From a bacterium (GTDB lineage Bacteria; Pseudomonadota; Gammaproteobacteria; Pseudomonadales; Azotimanducaceae), in the NCBI GenBank assembly GCA_047947175.1, contig CP170489.1, positions 1,251,654 to 1,283,653 of the forward strand: a DNA stretch of 32,000 nucleotides. The letters are read 5' to 3'. A model generated the notes under the pieces. It saw only the letters and a program-made list of their open reading frames with translations, did no database searches and was not told where the DNA came from. A program made the translations under genes and the position numbers. Below, one piece after another: positions 28,740-32,000 of this stretch; within the stretch, counting starts at the first letter, position 1, and every line of letters starts with the position of its first letter.

Positions 28740-29360
28740 CATAGTTTGCGCTTCGGCAATGCGGATCATGTTCATGCCGGCAGGTAGATCCGGTGGCGGC
28801 GAGTGCCATTGATTGGTGCGATACAGATTACGTAGAAACTGTTCCCGGTGTGCCGCAAAGGCTGCATCTGCAACCCCAGGTTGGCGGTTGAAGTGGACAA
28901 TGTAGAAGTCGCCACCCAGATGTTTCTCCCAGAAGCCGACCCATTCGGTTGGGCCGCGCTCCATGAAAGGCACGCTCAAATTCACCACGCCGGCCACCCG
29001 CTCACGGTGCATCATTGCCAGATTCCAGACAATAATGGCGCCCCAGTCGTGACCCACAAACAGCGCATCTTCGTAGCCGAAGTGATCGAGCAGACCCATC
29101 AGATCATCAGTGAGGTGCGTGATGTCGTAGTCGGTTACCGCGTCAGGTCGGCTGGAATGGCCGTAGCCGCGCTGGTTGGGTGCAATCACGTGATAGCCGG
29201 CATCTACCAGCGGCTGTATCTGATACCGCCAGGAAAACGCATGTTCAGGCCAGCCGTGGCACAGCACAATGGGTCTGCCGGCACCTGCACTGAATACTTC
29301 GAGCTCGATGCCGTTGGTTGAAATCATCTGAGGTTCGGGAAAAGAAAACGCCTGGGACAT
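28410..29360 (-). CDS. Alpha/beta hydrolase, epoxide-hydrolase-like, 316 aa (intact copy)
   Basis: It has the HGWP oxyanion motif (LCHGWPEHAFSWRYQ), the nucleophile elbow GHDWG and a C-terminal GHWIQQEQP. This is typical of epoxide hydrolase/haloacid-type alpha/beta hydrolases. Confidence 0.88.
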   Translation of the reverse strand: MSQAFSFPEPQMISTNGIELEVFSAGAGRPIVLCHGWPEHAFSWRYQIQPLVDAGYHVIAPNQRGYGHSSRPDAVTDYDITHLTDDLMGLLDHFGYEDALFVGHDWGAIIVWNLAMMHRERVAGVVNLSVPFMERGPTEWVGFWEKHLGGDFYIVHFNRQPGVADAAFAAHREQFLRNLYRTNQWHSPPPDLPAGMNMIRIAEAQTMPGDALMSDAELEVFSKAFAHSGFTGGINWYRNFSRNWEITGAYEQHVHQPTLMIYGEHDMVPSSPTLNKFVSNLEVVHLPCGHWIQQEQPAATNTAMLDWLPRHYPASA

Positions 29361-29530
29361 GCGAGGGCTCGGTAGATGGGGTTAGCGCATTCTAAGGTGA
29401 ATTCTGCATAAGGTGAAATCAGCCCCGTGCTGTGAGGGTGTCATCTGTCGCCGGACGGGGTGTATGGCTTACCAGAGTTTCGAGCGTAACCGGGTAGTCT
29501 CTCAATGCCTTCATTCACGGAGATATTCTT

Positions 29531-29743
29531 ATGACGCCTTCAAAATCACTTCCGGCGACGGTCGGCTATCCACTGCAGCCGCAACAGCTTGCGCGGGTAA
29601 CGGGTGGCTGTGGCACGTGCCAGGCTCAGCTCAATCCGCCTTCCACGCTTGCGCTTTTTGCCCCTTCTCATCACGTGGTACACCCTGGCGCTTCCCAAAC
29701 AGCAGACTTTTCGCCGCCGCCGGAGCATGTGTTTGTGTTCTAG
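29531..29743 (+). CDS. Possible small hypothetical protein (70 aa)
   Basis: The ATG is preceded by GGAGA with 7-nt spacing. Third-position G+C is similar to neighbouring genes. It lies in an otherwise empty 473-nt intergenic region. I recognise no family, and it could be non-coding. Confidence 0.25.
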   Translation: MTPSKSLPATVGYPLQPQQLARVTGGCGTCQAQLNPPSTLALFAPSHHVVHPGASQTADFSPPPEHVFVF

Positions 29744-29833
29744 CAGCCTGTCTGATTAATTCAACGCGTTAACCAGAGTGCCAGCACGGTTGTTCGGTCA
29801 AACTTTTCCGAGCCGCCGTGCGACAATAGGGTC

Positions 29834-30253
29834 ATGGACAGACACAACGATACACACAGCCTGTTTGTGGGCTACGTTTTATGGATCTTCGGCTTTCTTG
29901 GTGCTCACCGCTTTTATTTTGGACGGCCCGTCAGCGGCACCATTTATCTGTTTACGCTGGGGCTGCTGGGCATCGGCTGGCTGATCGACCTGTTTCTCAT
30001 GCCTTCGCTGGAACGCTCCGCAGATCGGCGCTACGCCGCTGGTGAACTCAGCTATACCATTGCCTGGGTGCTGCTCACCTTTCTGGGTATCTTTGGCCTG
30101 CATCGTTTTTATCAGCGCAAGATCGGCACCGGTATATTGTACCTGCTGACTCTGGGTGTCTTTTTTATCGGCATCATCTACGACTGGTGGACGCTGAATG
30201 AGCAGATCTCGGCGGGTAATCTCGAACGGGATGCCCGTTTCTACCGCAGCTGA
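29834..30253 (+). CDS. TM2-domain membrane protein
   Basis: It has two copies of the TM2 pattern (YVLWIFGFLGAHRFYFGRPVSGTIYLFTLGLLGIGWLIDLF and LLTFLGIFGLHRFYQRKIGTGILYLLTLGVFFIGIIYDWW). Confidence 0.8.
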   Translation: MDRHNDTHSLFVGYVLWIFGFLGAHRFYFGRPVSGTIYLFTLGLLGIGWLIDLFLMPSLERSADRRYAAGELSYTIAWVLLTFLGIFGLHRFYQRKIGTGILYLLTLGVFFIGIIYDWWTLNEQISAGNLERDARFYRS

Positions 30254-30324
30254 GGCAGAACCGGTTCAGCGCTTGATAAGCGCCGTCAAACCCGCCACCC
30301 TGCAGTGGGTCAGCAGGAGTGTTT

Positions 30325-31635
30325 ATGGACAAGAAAACGCATCGGGGCCCGGCGCCGATCGGATTTGATACGTTAAGTCTGCATGCGGGACAGACGCCGG
30401 ATGAAACCGGTGCAAGAGCCACCCCCATTTATCAGACGGCCTCCTTTGTGCTGCCGGACACTGACGTTGCCGCAGGTCTGTTCAACATGGAGCGGGCAGG
30501 TCACGTCTATTCAAGGTTGTCCAACCCCACCAACGCAGTGCTCGAAGAACGCATGGCCGCGTTGGATCAGGGTGTGGGTGCAGTTGTCACCGCCAGCGGG
30601 CAGGCGGCTACCCATCTTGGTGTGTGCACCATTGTCAGTGCGGGTGATCATATCGTGGCCTCCCGCTCTCTGTACGGCGGTACACATAACCTGTTCAGCT
30701 ACACGTTGAAGCGCTTTGGCATCGAAACAACGTTTGTCGACCCCCGCGATCTGGATGCTTTTGCGGCGGCTATGCAACCGAATACAAAACTGGTGTTTGG
30801 TGAAGTGCTGGGTAATCCGGGGCTTGAAGTGTTAAATATTCCCGCACTGGCAACGCTCAGCCACGAGCACGGGGTACCTCTTATGGTAGATGCCACGCTG
30901 GCCACGCCCTATCTCTGCCAGCCCGTTGCCCTGGGGGCAGATCTGGTTGTTCATTCAGCGACAAAGTTTCTCAGTGGTCATGGTGTGGTGATCGGTGGCG
31001 TGCTGGTAGATGGGGGTACGTTCAACTGGGCAGCCTCAACTAAGTTTGCCACTTTGACCGAGCCGTACAGCGGTTTCCATGATCTTGTTTTTGCTGAAGA
31101 ATTTGGCCCGCAGGCATTTATCATGCGTGCGCGCAAAGAAGGGATACGTGATTTTGGCGCCTGCATGAGTCCGATGAGTGCCTTTCAGATTCTGCAGGGC
31201 CTGGAGACGCTGTCGCTGCGCATGGAGAAACATGTCAGCAATACCCTGCAACTGGTTGAGTTTCTGGCTGCCCACCCGGCGGTGCGCAGTGTCAACTACC
31301 CTGGCCTTGACACACATCCTGATTACGCTCTGGGTCGAGCACTTATGCCAAGGGGTGCAGGGGCGGTTTTCACCCTCACGCTGCAGGGTGGACGGCGTGC
31401 CGGACAGATTTTTATTGAATCACTGGCGCTCTTTTCGCATCTTGCCAATGTCGGTGATGCCAAGTCTCTGGTCATTCATCCTGCCAGTACAACCCATCAC
31501 AGAATGGATGCCCAGGCGCTGGCTGCGGCGGGTATTGACGAGGCACTGGTGCGTATCAGCGTCGGGCTGGAAGACCCCATCGACCTGATCAATGATCTGA
31601 GCAAAGCACTGCGCTCGGTGGAGAAGCGGTTATGA
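30325..31635 (+). CDS. metY: O-acetylhomoserine sulfhydrylase (PLP-dependent, Cys/Met metabolism family)
   Basis: FDTLSLHAGQTPDETGARATPIYQTASFVL...YSRLSNPTNAVLEERMAALDQG...HSATKFLSGHG... is the canonical MetY/MetZ pattern with the PLP lysine in SATKF. The ATG at 30325 follows CAGGAG (30314-30319). A GTG at 30319 is an alternative start. Confidence 0.9.
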   Translation: MDKKTHRGPAPIGFDTLSLHAGQTPDETGARATPIYQTASFVLPDTDVAAGLFNMERAGHVYSRLSNPTNAVLEERMAALDQGVGAVVTASGQAATHLGVCTIVSAGDHIVASRSLYGGTHNLFSYTLKRFGIETTFVDPRDLDAFAAAMQPNTKLVFGEVLGNPGLEVLNIPALATLSHEHGVPLMVDATLATPYLCQPVALGADLVVHSATKFLSGHGVVIGGVLVDGGTFNWAASTKFATLTEPYSGFHDLVFAEEFGPQAFIMRARKEGIRDFGACMSPMSAFQILQGLETLSLRMEKHVSNTLQLVEFLAAHPAVRSVNYPGLDTHPDYALGRALMPRGAGAVFTLTLQGGRRAGQIFIESLALFSHLANVGDAKSLVIHPASTTHHRMDAQALAAAGIDEALVRISVGLEDPIDLINDLSKALRSVEKRL

Positions 31636-32000
31636 AAGTCGAGTTGAATGGGAAAACCCTGCTTTATGGTAGCGGCGGTGGCAGTGTCGAGAGAGCGGAT
31701 GACAATCTGCTGTTTGTGCACGGTGCCGGCTTTGATCACGCGGTCTGGACGCCGATGGCAAGGTATTTTGCACGACAGGGTGCACGTGTGATTGCACCGG
31801 ATCTGCCTGGACATGGCGGCAGCGAAGGGCCAGCCCTGCAAACCATCGAGGCGATGGCGGACCTGATGAGCAGGCTGCTTGAGCAGTTGGCCGTACCGCG
31901 CGCTACTGTCGTTGGCCACAGTATGGGTACGCTGGTTGCGCTCGCCATGGCCCACCGCTGTCCGCAGCAGGTGCAACGCATGGTGTTGTTGGGCACCTCC
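31632..32000 (+). CDS. Alpha/beta hydrolase (partial, 3' end off-window)
   Basis: This is my own translation; the frame has no stop, so it is absent from the ORF track: MKVELNGKTLLYGSGGG...LLFVHGAGFDHAVWTPMARYFARQGARVIAPDLPGHGGSEGP...VVGHSMGTLVALAMA. It contains the HG oxyanion motif and the GHSMG nucleophile elbow. The ATG overlaps the metY stop (ATGA). Confidence 0.7.
   Translation, partial: MKVELNGKTLLYGSGGGSVERADDNLLFVHGAGFDHAVWTPMARYFARQGARVIAPDLPGHGGSEGPALQTIEAMADLMSRLLEQLAVPRATVVGHSMGTLVALAMAHRCPQQVQRMVLLGTS

Overview
This looks like a GC-rich gammaproteobacterial-type chromosome segment, about 55-60% G+C on spot counts. It carries a more AT-rich insertion of about 15.7 kb (12730-28404) that holds a complete subtype I-F1 CRISPR-Cas system on the minus strand. 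The insertion contains a WYL-domain regulator, cas1, cas2/3, csy1(cas8f), csy2(cas5f), csy3(cas7f) and cas6f. After cas6f comes an unexpected AAA+ ATPase with a PD-(D/E)xK-like C-terminus, then the leader and a 62-repeat/61-spacer array (13001-16688). The insertion is bracketed by two ~335-bp direct repeats (12395-12729 and 28405-28739, 6 mismatches by eye). These repeats duplicate the 3'-overlapping junction of a MAPEG gene and an epoxide-hydrolase-like alpha/beta hydrolase gene. I saw no integrase, transposase or tRNA. Left flank: partial LysR regulator; a tightly packed GH78-like/cobalt-type nitrile hydratase operon (beta, alpha, accessory); tRNA 2-selenouridine synthase; Sel1-repeat lipoprotein; msrA; PNPOx-family protein; YegD-like Hsp70; NUDIX CoA-pyrophosphatase-like protein; PaaI-type thioesterase; MAPEG. 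Right flank: intact alpha/beta hydrolase; TM2-domain protein; metY; a partial alpha/beta hydrolase. The main points for follow-up are the way the CRISPR-Cas cassette is inserted, the ATPase/nuclease-like gene between cas6f and the leader, and the WYL regulator upstream of cas1. All homology calls come from reading the translations by eye. No database search was run.
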